From: a virus
Lineage: Duplodnaviria; Caudoviricetes
Strand: one strand, 5' to 3'
DNA: 64,000 nucleotides
IMG/VR virus record: IMGVR_UViG_3300034272_001608
Span: 2,105 to 66,104 of that record
In this document: positions 48,191-57,312 of the stretch, in pieces
Position numbering within the stretch: the first letter of the stretch is position 1
Layout of the letters: the number at the start of each line of letters is the position of its first letter
Program-made: the position numbers and the translations under genes
Notes under the pieces: generated by a model
The model's database searches: none
Told to the model about the DNA's origin: nothing
What the model saw: the letters and a program-made list of their open reading frames with translations, nothing else

Positions 48191-48727
48191 TTATTTTTTA
48201 ACTACAAATAATTTATTAGTTGAATTTATCATATCAACCTCTTTGGCTGAGTATATTGGTTCTCCACCTTTTTTATATACAAATGAATCGTTTTTATATG
48301 GGTTATATGTTATGATATTATCTGATGTTTGAGAAGGAATCTCTTTACAAGGGTGTTCACAATAATCTAATAAATCCCCAATCACAAACGCGTGAACGTT
48401 TTTGGATTTCTCAGCACGCACTCTATCTTTACCTCCTGGTCTAACTCTAAACTCAACATCACCTAACTTAACAAAATCTGCGTGTAGTATTACTTTAGAT
48501 TTATAAGTAACTGAGAATGTGTGTTTATGTAAGTTATAATAAACCATAACTCTTTTTCCTATATATTCTTTTTCAGAGTTATCATGTCCGCACTTGTGAC
48601 AGATGTAAGGGTCATCTCCTCCATCCGAAAGTTCCCAAGACCAACCACAACTATCGCAGATAACTTTACCATCGGTAATAGTCTCTACAATTTTTCTTAA
48701 TTGTGATTCTGTAACAATAACTTTCAT
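48191..48727 (-). CDS. Zn-ribbon plus conserved phage domain protein
   Basis: CDSCG...CHKCG zinc ribbon; VYYNLHK..FSV...KNVHAFVIG domain; MKVIVTESQL leader. Confidence 0.65.
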   Translation of the reverse strand: MKVIVTESQLRKIVETITDGKVICDSCGWSWELSDGGDDPYICHKCGHDNSEKEYIGKRVMVYYNLHKHTFSVTYKSKVILHADFVKLGDVEFRVRPGGKDRVRAEKSKNVHAFVIGDLLDYCEHPCKEIPSQTSDNIITYNPYKNDSFVYKKGGEPIYSAKEVDMINSTNKLFVVKK

Positions 48728-49239
48728 TATATACCTCTAAATTCGTTTTCACTAACATAATTTGCGGTAATAGACCTATAGAAAGGTTTGTAACCACCAT
48801 ACGTGTGTTTATTATCAGATTTTACAAATCCATCATCTGAAACAACATAATACCTAACTCGGTCTTCTGTTTCGTAGTATCCTATATAATCCCCTTGGAA
48901 AATTTCAACTCCCATATCATCCAAAGTTTTTTGATATATAGAAAACTTCATGTTACCAGGTTCTTGAATTTCAACCTTAGAACTACCGTAAGTTTTTTGT
49001 GTTGGAGCCATGACTTGAACCAAACCTTTTAATTCAACAGGGGCCAAGAATTGTATTCCATCTTCCAAAACCTCACCATACACATCATCAGTTTTTGTCT
49101 TTCTTCTATCAATACGATAAAGAACTATGGTAAAGTTCATGTCACCAAGTAACCACTCTTCACCCATACCGATGTCAAGGTCATAATCCTCCGCCCCGAA
49201 GAACTTACCTAATCTTGTTATTGGAACTAATTTTTGCAT
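48727..49239 (-). CDS. Head closure / neck protein (T4 gp14-like)
   Basis: IVLYRID...DDVYGE...F..PVEL...GDYI pattern; next to the gp15-like gene. Confidence 0.65.
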   Translation of the reverse strand: MQKLVPITRLGKFFGAEDYDLDIGMGEEWLLGDMNFTIVLYRIDRRKTKTDDVYGEVLEDGIQFLAPVELKGLVQVMAPTQKTYGSSKVEIQEPGNMKFSIYQKTLDDMGVEIFQGDYIGYYETEDRVRYYVVSDDGFVKSDNKHTYGGYKPFYRSITANYVSENEFRGI

Positions 49240-49294
49240 ATATTGATAAATACTCTGCTTATAACTATATTTAAGTCAAATATTTTTCTTATAG

Positions 49295-51046
49295 ATGGAT
49301 GTAAGTTTAGAATCTAAAGCATTGTCTCTGTTGGAATCTTATGAAGGTGGAAACAACTACATACTTGAACTTAAAAGAAAGTCACAAATAAATAAGAAGT
49401 TTTACCCAACAAGAAGTCAATCAGAGTACATTATAAATAACCATGACAAACAACCTAAGGTTGCCAAGAAGTGGGTTATTTTAGATGCGTATTTTGCCAA
49501 AAAATTGGCAGACGATAAACTAATGACCGAAATACCAGAAAAGGTTTGGGTTGAAAAGTTACTTGCTGATAAAGAAAAGGCATATCACATTTGGGGTAAA
49601 ATTACAGAAACACAAGAACTCCACGACTTTTGGTTACCAAAGGCGGCAATTATAAAAGACAACACGGTAAAAGATGTTGTTATTAGTTATGACAAATACT
49701 CTCACCGCCCCCCGTTAGAGCACCAAAAAGAAGCAATTCAAAAACTTGTTGAAAATAAAAAGTTTATCTTGGCCGACGACATGGGTCTTGGTAAAACCAC
49801 CTCAACAATTATTGCCGCTTTAGAAACAGGTGCTAAAAAAGTTTTGATAATTTGTCCAGCAACTTTGAAGATTAACTGGAAACGTGAAATTGAAAATTAC
49901 TCTGATAAATCAATATTCATTTCAGAAGGAAAAAGTTTTAGTACAGAACACGATTTTGTTATCATAAACTATGACATTATAAAAAACTTCCATGATAGTA
50001 AGAAAAAAGATGAATCTCAAATTTTTATTGCCAATTTTGATTTGGTGGTTGTTGATGAAGCACACTATATCAAAAATCCTACGGCGCAAAGAACAAAACT
50101 AATTAACGATATTGCAAAAAAGGTTGACAGATTGTGGTTACTAACTGGTACCCCAATGACATCAAGACCCATGGACTATTTCAACTTGTTGAGCCTTATT
50201 GAATCACCCGTTGCAAAAAATTGGATGGCTTACGCCATTAGATATTGTAATGGATATCAATTTAATGTTGGGGGTAGAAAAGTATGGAATGTAACAGGTT
50301 CATCCAACTTGGAGGAATTAAGAGACAGAACATCTCCTCTTGTATTAAGACGATTAAAAGAAAATGTTTTGGACCTTCCAGATAAAATTATTACACCAGT
50401 TTACCTTAGATTAAAATCAAAGGCTTATGAAGAGGTTATGGGTGAGTATTATGATTGGTATGATAAAAACCCTGAAGAATCTAAATCGTTGACGGTACAA
50501 TTTACAAAGCTTACAAAAATTAGACAAATAATTGCTGATGAAAAAATTAATCAGACAATTGAAATTGCTGAAAACATTATCGAACAAGATAAGAAGGTTA
50601 TTATATTCTGTAACTTTACTGACTCATTAAATAAAATTTGTCAACATTTTGGTAAAACCGCAGTAAAGGTTGATGGGTCCATGACAAAACCAGAAAGACA
50701 ACACAGTGTTGACTCTTTTCAAGAAAATGAAAAAGTTAAAGTTTTTGTTGGTAATATTAAAGCGGCTGGAGTTGGGCTAACACTGACCGCGGGGGAGGCT
50801 GTTATTATGAACGACCTATCTTTTTTACCGTCAGACCACGCTCAAGCAGAAGACAGAGCGTATAGATATGGACAGAAAAATAATGTTTTGGTTTATTATC
50901 CAATATTCGAAAACACCATTGAAGGTATTATCTACGATATCCTAAACAACAAGAAACAAGTCATCGCAACTGTAATGGGTGACAATCAAAATACATCAGA
51001 TGCCGCTGAAGAAATTTTGAAGAGAATCAATGAAAGTAGAAAATAA
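49295..51046 (+). CDS. SNF2-family helicase-like ATPase (SMARCAL1/HARP-like)
   Basis: LADDMGLGKT, DEAH, LTGTP, LRRLK, GVGLTLT, QAEDRAYRYGQ. Confidence 0.9.
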   Translation: MDVSLESKALSLLESYEGGNNYILELKRKSQINKKFYPTRSQSEYIINNHDKQPKVAKKWVILDAYFAKKLADDKLMTEIPEKVWVEKLLADKEKAYHIWGKITETQELHDFWLPKAAIIKDNTVKDVVISYDKYSHRPPLEHQKEAIQKLVENKKFILADDMGLGKTTSTIIAALETGAKKVLIICPATLKINWKREIENYSDKSIFISEGKSFSTEHDFVIINYDIIKNFHDSKKKDESQIFIANFDLVVVDEAHYIKNPTAQRTKLINDIAKKVDRLWLLTGTPMTSRPMDYFNLLSLIESPVAKNWMAYAIRYCNGYQFNVGGRKVWNVTGSSNLEELRDRTSPLVLRRLKENVLDLPDKIITPVYLRLKSKAYEEVMGEYYDWYDKNPEESKSLTVQFTKLTKIRQIIADEKINQTIEIAENIIEQDKKVIIFCNFTDSLNKICQHFGKTAVKVDGSMTKPERQHSVDSFQENEKVKVFVGNIKAAGVGLTLTAGEAVIMNDLSFLPSDHAQAEDRAYRYGQKNNVLVYYPIFENTIEGIIYDILNNKKQVIATVMGDNQNTSDAAEEILKRINESRK

Positions 51047-51072
51047 ACAACTTACGGATTATTTATAATCAA

Positions 51073-52626
51073 ATGAATAATCCAAAGATGAATAAAATAG
51101 AAGAAAAGATTCAACAACTCGAGACACAAATTGTAGAACAAAAAGTGACAAGAGAAAAAGAGTTGTTAATCACAGAAATGAAAAAAATCGGAATAGAGAA
51201 ATTACCCTATTCTTACTCAGCCCTGAAACAGTTCATTGACCAAGAGACGATGGACTTCCACTACAACAAACATTACAAGGGGTATGTAGACAAGTTAAAC
51301 GCCGCTTTAGCCAAGAAAAAATACGGAGACTTAGAGTTAGAACAGATAATCAAAACAATCAGTCGTTTTGATAAAACAATTAGAAATAATGCTGGTGGTG
51401 CATTTAACCACGCGTTATTTTGGAACATGTTAACCCCACAACCAAAAAAACTTCAAGGGGAATTATATAAGAAAATCACAAAAGAGTTTGGAAGTTTTCC
51501 AGCATTTAAGAAAAAGTTTGAGACAATTGCCAAAGACAGATTTGGGTCAGGTTGGGTTTGGTTGGTATTAACCGCAAAGAACGGTCTTAAAATTATGTCT
51601 ACACCAAACCAAGACAATCCATTGATGAATGTTATTGAAGGTGGTGGGTTTCCTCTTTTAGGTTTGGACCTTTGGGAACACGCATACTATTTGAAGTATA
51701 GAAACAAAAGGGACGAATACATTACAAACTTTTGGAAAGTTGTTAACTGGGATTTTGTTTCTAAATTATATGAAATGAAAACCGAAACAAAACTTTTAGA
51801 GTCGGTTGAAATGGCAAAAATAATAACCGAATCAAAGGAGGCTGAATTTTGTGATAACAAAGAAGTTCAGTTCTACAGAGAATTAATTAACAATCCAAAA
51901 ATTAAAAGAGTATACCAAGACGGGGTTACCAGTGTATTAAAACAAGTGTTTCACCAATTTTGGGTTGAAAGTACCAACGAAGAAATGTCAGGTTTCTATG
52001 GTGTTGAATCTAAAGAAGGAAGGTCAATATTAAATAACCTAAACACAAACTTCAACGCATTCTGTTTGTTAACCAAAGCGGTGAACAATCAAATTGAGAA
52101 CATAGGAAAACCTGAAAAGAAATTTGATTTTAGTAAAAAAGAAAAAAGAAACATAAGTGAGGTTGCCAGATTAATTAAAGCTTTAGACCATTTCAAGAAA
52201 GATATTTTTACAAAAAACAATCAAGATTTTATAAACATAATTAAAGTTTTAAAAAAACTTTGGGATAGAGGACAAAAGTCAGAAGACGATGTGTCGTCAA
52301 AAATTACAAAATATTTTGGTTCAGAATCTTCTGTTGAAAAGATTAGTGGTCACGGAGAAAAAAACGATGCGTTTAAAGGAATTGATTTAATTGTGAATAT
52401 TGGTGAAAGAAAATACACCGCACAAGTTAAACCGTTTTCTAATATGAAAAACGAAGATGGTAAAATAACTGTATATGATACGGGTAACGTAAAACCATAC
52501 AACGTAAATTGGTTGATATTTATTAACACGAAATCTAATAAGATTTTAATTTTTGAAAATAATCCAGTGAAGGACCACCATCAATATGTGTTTGATGAAT
52601 CGTCTTTAATACACGAAATAGAATAA
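51073..52626 (+). CDS. sodA: Mn-type superoxide dismutase fused to a C-terminal PD-(D/E)xK nuclease-like domain
   Basis: LPYSYSAL, HYNKH..Y, NNAGG.FNH.LFW, FGSGWVWL, NQD, DLWEHAYY; extra ~280 aa with ND...GIDL...TAQVKP. Confidence 0.85.
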   Translation: MNNPKMNKIEEKIQQLETQIVEQKVTREKELLITEMKKIGIEKLPYSYSALKQFIDQETMDFHYNKHYKGYVDKLNAALAKKKYGDLELEQIIKTISRFDKTIRNNAGGAFNHALFWNMLTPQPKKLQGELYKKITKEFGSFPAFKKKFETIAKDRFGSGWVWLVLTAKNGLKIMSTPNQDNPLMNVIEGGGFPLLGLDLWEHAYYLKYRNKRDEYITNFWKVVNWDFVSKLYEMKTETKLLESVEMAKIITESKEAEFCDNKEVQFYRELINNPKIKRVYQDGVTSVLKQVFHQFWVESTNEEMSGFYGVESKEGRSILNNLNTNFNAFCLLTKAVNNQIENIGKPEKKFDFSKKEKRNISEVARLIKALDHFKKDIFTKNNQDFINIIKVLKKLWDRGQKSEDDVSSKITKYFGSESSVEKISGHGEKNDAFKGIDLIVNIGERKYTAQVKPFSNMKNEDGKITVYDTGNVKPYNVNWLIFINTKSNKILIFENNPVKDHHQYVFDESSLIHEIE

Positions 52627-52632
52627 TAAAGA

Positions 52633-52639
52633 TATTTAT
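52633..52639 (+). promoter_or_regulatory. TATTTAT motif 5 nt before the neck gene ATG
   Basis: Plus-strand copy before a plus-strand gene, showing that motif orientation follows gene direction. Confidence 0.7.
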
Positions 52640-52644
52640 TAGAT

Positions 52645-53772
52645 ATGGCAGTATTACCAGAACCAGAAAGAAGTAGAATATATACGAGAATCAAACATCA
52701 ATTGGGTGCTCCACTTAGAAGTGTTGAACTTGAGGATGAAATGATGGACTCGTTGATGGAATTAGCGATTGGGGATTATGAAGAATATATCCTTCAATGG
52801 TTAATTGATTCTCAATGGGTTAACCTTGTGAATTTAAACATGAACGAAAGGTCTGTAGCAAGAGCTTTGGTTACAAGAACTATGGATTTTGAACAACAGT
52901 TCAGTTATTCGTATTCTAAAATTGTCGGACTTCAAACCGAAGGACCATGGGTTTTAAAGAAAGATTACTTTATATTAAGTGCCAACACTCAAACTTACGA
53001 AATACCTGCGGGCAGAGAAGTTAACGAATTACTATGGTTTTCTAACCAAGCTTGGACCGCATTTGGTTTAGGTGGAATGGGTGGATTCGGTATGGGTGGT
53101 GTTGGATTAGGGGCTAATGAAGCGGGATTTGCCCAAATGGGATATCAAGGCTCTTATTTTATGATGTCAGGTTTTGATTACCTGATTAGAATGCAAGAAG
53201 CAAACATTTTAAATAGAATTTTAGGTGGTTCATTAACTTATAGAATTACAGGATTACCTGATGGTAAAAAGTTAATACACTTATATAACACACCTGGTGG
53301 TAAGTTTAATTGGGCTAACTATAACCTATACGTTGGTAAAGCTGTTTGGTATTGGTATTACGATGTGGAACCTGATAGTAGAGGAGATTGTCTTAAAAAT
53401 AATCCTGATATTATTAAATTACCTACGGATGTTCCAATTGAAGAATTGACTTGGACCGACTTAAACGTACCAGGGCAACAATGGGTGAGAAGATGGTTTA
53501 CCGCATACTGTAAAGAAACACTAGCAAGGGTTAGAGGTAAGTACAGTGGTAACTTGAAAACACCTGACACAGAAATTACAATGGACTATCAAAGTTTATT
53601 GACCGAGGCAAAAGACGAAAAAACCAAATTGATTGAAGAATTAATTGGTGCTGAAGGTTGGTTAACAAGAATGAGACCTGATAAAGTAATGGAGAGAGAA
53701 GCCTTAATTGCTGAAAACTTAAATAAGCAAATGAAATTTAGGGCTATGCCTCGTCAAATATACGTAATATAA
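52645..53772 (+). CDS. Neck / head-tail adaptor protein (T4 gp13-like)
   Basis: QLGAP..SVEL, W.RRW..A..KE.L...RGKYSG, LL.EA..E motifs. Confidence 0.85.
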   Translation: MAVLPEPERSRIYTRIKHQLGAPLRSVELEDEMMDSLMELAIGDYEEYILQWLIDSQWVNLVNLNMNERSVARALVTRTMDFEQQFSYSYSKIVGLQTEGPWVLKKDYFILSANTQTYEIPAGREVNELLWFSNQAWTAFGLGGMGGFGMGGVGLGANEAGFAQMGYQGSYFMMSGFDYLIRMQEANILNRILGGSLTYRITGLPDGKKLIHLYNTPGGKFNWANYNLYVGKAVWYWYYDVEPDSRGDCLKNNPDIIKLPTDVPIEELTWTDLNVPGQQWVRRWFTAYCKETLARVRGKYSGNLKTPDTEITMDYQSLLTEAKDEKTKLIEELIGAEGWLTRMRPDKVMEREALIAENLNKQMKFRAMPRQIYVI

Positions 53773-53776
53773 ATTT

Positions 53777-54112
53777 ATGGCAATAGTAAAATCGATACCT
53801 TCAAGAAGAATTATCAACGGGGTGTCAATCAATACATCAGAAATATCTGTAGTTTCAGAATTAGATTATAGAACACAAGGTGAAAGTTGTGTAATTATTA
53901 GAGGTGTTACACAATCTTTTGTAACATTAGATTCATCAACTACTGACCACATTGTTGTTAAATCAATGACAAACCTCACCATAAGACCTGATGTCGGTAA
54001 AATCGACGAGGAATATGATGAGGTTGTTGTAGATAAGTTTGCTTGTATTGAATTTAGATTTGTTGGTGGAAACTGGTATATCCTTTCATCCGACGGACTT
54101 AAACAGTCATAA
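53777..54112 (+). CDS. Small beta-rich structural (collar/fibre-associated) protein
   Basis: IVVK....LTI.P..G.ID...F.GGNWYI pattern found in fibre/collar domains; follows the neck gene. Confidence 0.55.
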   Translation: MAIVKSIPSRRIINGVSINTSEISVVSELDYRTQGESCVIIRGVTQSFVTLDSSTTDHIVVKSMTNLTIRPDVGKIDEEYDEVVVDKFACIEFRFVGGNWYILSSDGLKQS

Positions 54113-56822
54113 GTTTTTGTTCCCAACCTTCTTCAGCTAACTCATACATATAATGAGGGTCAAGTCCTCTTTTCTCCCAATATTTAAGTTCTTGCTCTGT
54201 AATATCTAATACGTCTTTTTGTAAATCGTCTTGGTCTCCTTGTCCTAATGGATGTCCATTTATTAATTCACATTGAGCCGCAGTAAATATACCACGTTTT
54301 TCAGGGTCGGCAACAATAAGTCCATTTCTAACATCGTCTTTAAATACAACCATAAGAGGTTCAATTCTTTTATTGAAGGTAACAACCGCTCTTGGTACAT
54401 TATAATCACCAGTCAAATTAGGGTCATTGTCTAATATATCTTTATCTAACATATAACAGTTAAGTTGTACACCATCCCCTTTCTTTTGTACATCCCCATG
54501 AGATGCCTTAAGTCCATTGTTAACATACATTATAACGTCACCCAAATTAACATTTAAATTGTTTTCTATTGCAAGTTCCATGTGTGCCATTCTTGACATA
54601 CTATTACCTGATTTAGTTTTTGTATTCAAACGTTTCTTGTAGTCATCAAGAGATAATTTAACTTTAGCTCGCTGTGCAATCTTGGATAGCGGTATTTGTT
54701 TATCAAAAATCTTTTGTAGGTATTCATAATAATATTCGACAAATTCTTTACCCTCACCCTTTAACAACATCTTAATACCCTTATCAAGGAACTCCTCAAT
54801 ATAGATTGGAAGTTTCTTAGATTTAATACTATTACCTGTTAGTTTAATTTTACCCTTGGCATCCATAACCGCATAGTTCTTACGAGCCAAGTTAATACAT
54901 GAAGGCCAAACACCGTCGGTGTCCAAAGCCATTTCACCCCTCATGAATATATCGTTGTACTCTGCAACATCTGCCTCAGGGCCATAATATTCTTTACCTA
55001 ATTTAACTTTCCAATTCAATCCACGACCAACATACACTCTGTCTTTAGCTTCAGGTGGTGTCGAGAAGTTCACACCGTCCGTATCCATAACCAATGGAAC
55101 ATATCCTTTGGTCATAAAGAATCTAATCATTTGTCTAAGGTATTGTCTACCTGTACAAGTAATCTGTTCACCCATATACATGTCACCCCAAGCATAAACC
55201 TGTGGGGCGGATAATGCACCGAACATAGAGTTGATAAAGATTTTGATAGGTAATTGTTTATTACCGTATGATTCTGATTTCTTCTTATCAATCGTATAGA
55301 ATTCTTCCGCAAGGTTCTTGTATTTGATACGAGTATCACGGAACCATTTTAACATTCCCTTCATCGCACCCGTAACATCACAGTCAGGGAAAACGTCGTG
55401 TACTAATTGAATAGAGGGGTATAGAGACGAAAAGTCGAGCTTAAGTACGTCTTTACTATATCCAACCTTAAGTAGTCTAGAAAGACCTCCTACGAAGTCT
55501 GTTTTTGATTCTTTCGCAGGTATTGCAAGGCTATGTTTATAAGACCACGCCAACATCAACATTTTCCATAATGTTGCGGTACCCATTGTTGAAACCCTTT
55601 CATATGTTGTTGGAATCATCGCAGCCAACAAGAATGAACCTTGGTTGAATTCTGAGTCAACCTTAAGGGTTTCATCTAAGTCATCATCAAGATATCTCTC
55701 AACAAGATTGTCTCCTGTGGTTTTAAGATATACGTCGGTTCTATTCTCACAGATTGCATCAATCTTTGGGTCCTGTCCAACCTTACGGTAGTTACCGTTT
55801 TGAGTATTTAACCAAAACTCTTCTTTCTTAGTATAGAACGGACCAATGTCTAAGTGGTCAATGTAAACTCGGTCAGGTGCTTCGGCATTAATAAATTGTG
55901 TAATGTATTTCAAACCCGCAGATTTAATACTTGAATTAATTGCTTGAGCTCTACGAACCGCGTGAATAATATCAATAACGTTATAACCCCAAATAGAAGT
56001 TTGAGTATATGGCTCAACTTCGTTTGCAAGTTTCAACATACTCTCTTTTCTTGTAAACGAATGTTGTGGATGTAATGATTTACAAATCTTTTTAGGGTCA
56101 ATATTCAAAATAGAACATCTTTCAAATATCCAATGCCAGTCAAAGTTTGCCGAGTTATAACCACCAATAATACTTGGTTTTAGTTGGTCTATAATATCAA
56201 AAAATTCTATGATAGCGCCACGTTCCTGTGACTCATCAATACATTCAATAACTTTATGATACCCTTTATTTGTTTTGATTCCAATCATGAATATACGACC
56301 GTCTTTTGGTTCCAACGAGGTCGTCTCCAAGTCAAACACCAATCGGGTAACTTGATTATAATCTTCAAATCCTTTGAATAATCTTTTTTCTTTTGAAATA
56401 AGGTATTGTTCTACGGGAGGTAGAATCATAACTTTATCTTTAGTCCTTTCCCCCCAAGGGTCACAACCACCTTCTCTAAAAAACTGTACTAATTCACGAT
56501 AACCTTTTAAAGACTTAACCATAAATGTTAAACCTTTTTCTAATCTTTCGTTGTCGTAAGTTTGTAGTTTTTCAATCATGATACCATGTTTGGTCATGGC
56601 TTCTTTCTGAGCGGCTTTGGAACCACCATAGAAATTAATATCTCGTAAATCACCAACCCAAGCAAATGGAGTAAATGTGTCTTTACGGATTTCTTTTCCC
56701 TTACCTGGGATTTCCTTAACTTTAAAAATGGAGTTTGATGCATAGTCGAACTCAATGGCGACTATAAATTCTTCAGGGTCGTTTCCGTGTAGGAACGATT
56801 CAATTTCTTGTTCTGTAAACAT
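54099..56822 (-). CDS. polB: Family B DNA polymerase with 3'-5' exonuclease
   Basis: ExoI FDLETT, ExoII YNSANFD, ExoIII YLDDD; PolA DFSSLYPS, PolB K...NSMFG, PolC MDTDG, KNY. Confidence 0.93.
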   Translation of the reverse strand: MFTEQEIESFLHGNDPEEFIVAIEFDYASNSIFKVKEIPGKGKEIRKDTFTPFAWVGDLRDINFYGGSKAAQKEAMTKHGIMIEKLQTYDNERLEKGLTFMVKSLKGYRELVQFFREGGCDPWGERTKDKVMILPPVEQYLISKEKRLFKGFEDYNQVTRLVFDLETTSLEPKDGRIFMIGIKTNKGYHKVIECIDESQERGAIIEFFDIIDQLKPSIIGGYNSANFDWHWIFERCSILNIDPKKICKSLHPQHSFTRKESMLKLANEVEPYTQTSIWGYNVIDIIHAVRRAQAINSSIKSAGLKYITQFINAEAPDRVYIDHLDIGPFYTKKEEFWLNTQNGNYRKVGQDPKIDAICENRTDVYLKTTGDNLVERYLDDDLDETLKVDSEFNQGSFLLAAMIPTTYERVSTMGTATLWKMLMLAWSYKHSLAIPAKESKTDFVGGLSRLLKVGYSKDVLKLDFSSLYPSIQLVHDVFPDCDVTGAMKGMLKWFRDTRIKYKNLAEEFYTIDKKKSESYGNKQLPIKIFINSMFGALSAPQVYAWGDMYMGEQITCTGRQYLRQMIRFFMTKGYVPLVMDTDGVNFSTPPEAKDRVYVGRGLNWKVKLGKEYYGPEADVAEYNDIFMRGEMALDTDGVWPSCINLARKNYAVMDAKGKIKLTGNSIKSKKLPIYIEEFLDKGIKMLLKGEGKEFVEYYYEYLQKIFDKQIPLSKIAQRAKVKLSLDDYKKRLNTKTKSGNSMSRMAHMELAIENNLNVNLGDVIMYVNNGLKASHGDVQKKGDGVQLNCYMLDKDILDNDPNLTGDYNVPRAVVTFNKRIEPLMVVFKDDVRNGLIVADPEKRGIFTAAQCELINGHPLGQGDQDDLQKDVLDITEQELKYWEKRGLDPHYMYELAEEGWEQKLMTV

Positions 56823-56892
56823 ATTTCGTATACGAGTGGTTTATTGGCTTTCACACTGTCGTGAAATTTACCTTCCTCATCGTATATAAATA
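56823..56892 (-). promoter_or_regulatory. TATTTAT motif plus structured 5' leader of polB
   Basis: Inner hairpin TTTCAC-6nt-GTGAAA (56849-56866), GAG..GGT/ACC.CTC outer pairing, TATACGA/TCGTATA stem; motif at 56886-56892. Confidence 0.5.
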
Positions 56893-56918
56893 TTAAACAA
56901 AATTTTTGAGTAATCAAA

Positions 56919-57296
56919 TTAGCAACAAGCAGTTTCTGAAATAAAACTATCTTGGATGTTGATATAAAGTTCTTCTCTAATTGGTAAAATTAAATTTCCT
57001 TCGTCGTTCTTAATTAAGAATTGTCCTTGGTATCTACCAGGGGTGTTTGTATCTCTTGCAGTAAACTTGAAATAAATGTAATACTCAGGAGCCGCACCCA
57101 ATGGTAGGATTAAATTCACGATTTCACATGGGGCAGAGACAATTTTAGGAATTCCTGTTTCCACGTCAATCATAGTAAAAAATATTGTGGAAACTTCCAG
57201 GTCCTCCATAAGTTGTTGGTACCCAGCTCTTCCATCTTTTACAACCTGCATTTTTAACACAGGAAGAGTTGCATTCTTCTTAATATAAAATTCCAT
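56919..57296 (-). CDS. BppU-N-like Ig/beta-sandwich structural protein
   Basis: FYIKKN.TLP.L...Y.F...DT..PG.Y.G.F.I...LP....L.I.I pattern. Confidence 0.6.
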   Translation of the reverse strand: MEFYIKKNATLPVLKMQVVKDGRAGYQQLMEDLEVSTIFFTMIDVETGIPKIVSAPCEIVNLILPLGAAPEYYIYFKFTARDTNTPGRYQGQFLIKNDEGNLILPIREELYINIQDSFISETACC

Positions 57297-57312
57297 AACA
57301 ATAAATATACTG

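Noticed and set aside
18029-56822. Inteins, introns or homing endonucleases in nrdJ, dnaB, recA or polB
   Set aside because: The ORFs are continuous and of normal length, with no splice-junction or LAGLIDADG/HNH/GIY-YIG motifs seen.
56823-56886. Hammerhead ribozyme or c-di-GMP-I riboswitch in the polB leader
   Set aside because: GAUGAG/GAAA and GGUAAA...AAAGCC fragments are present, but the CUGAUGA core and the GNRA/receptor architecture are missing.
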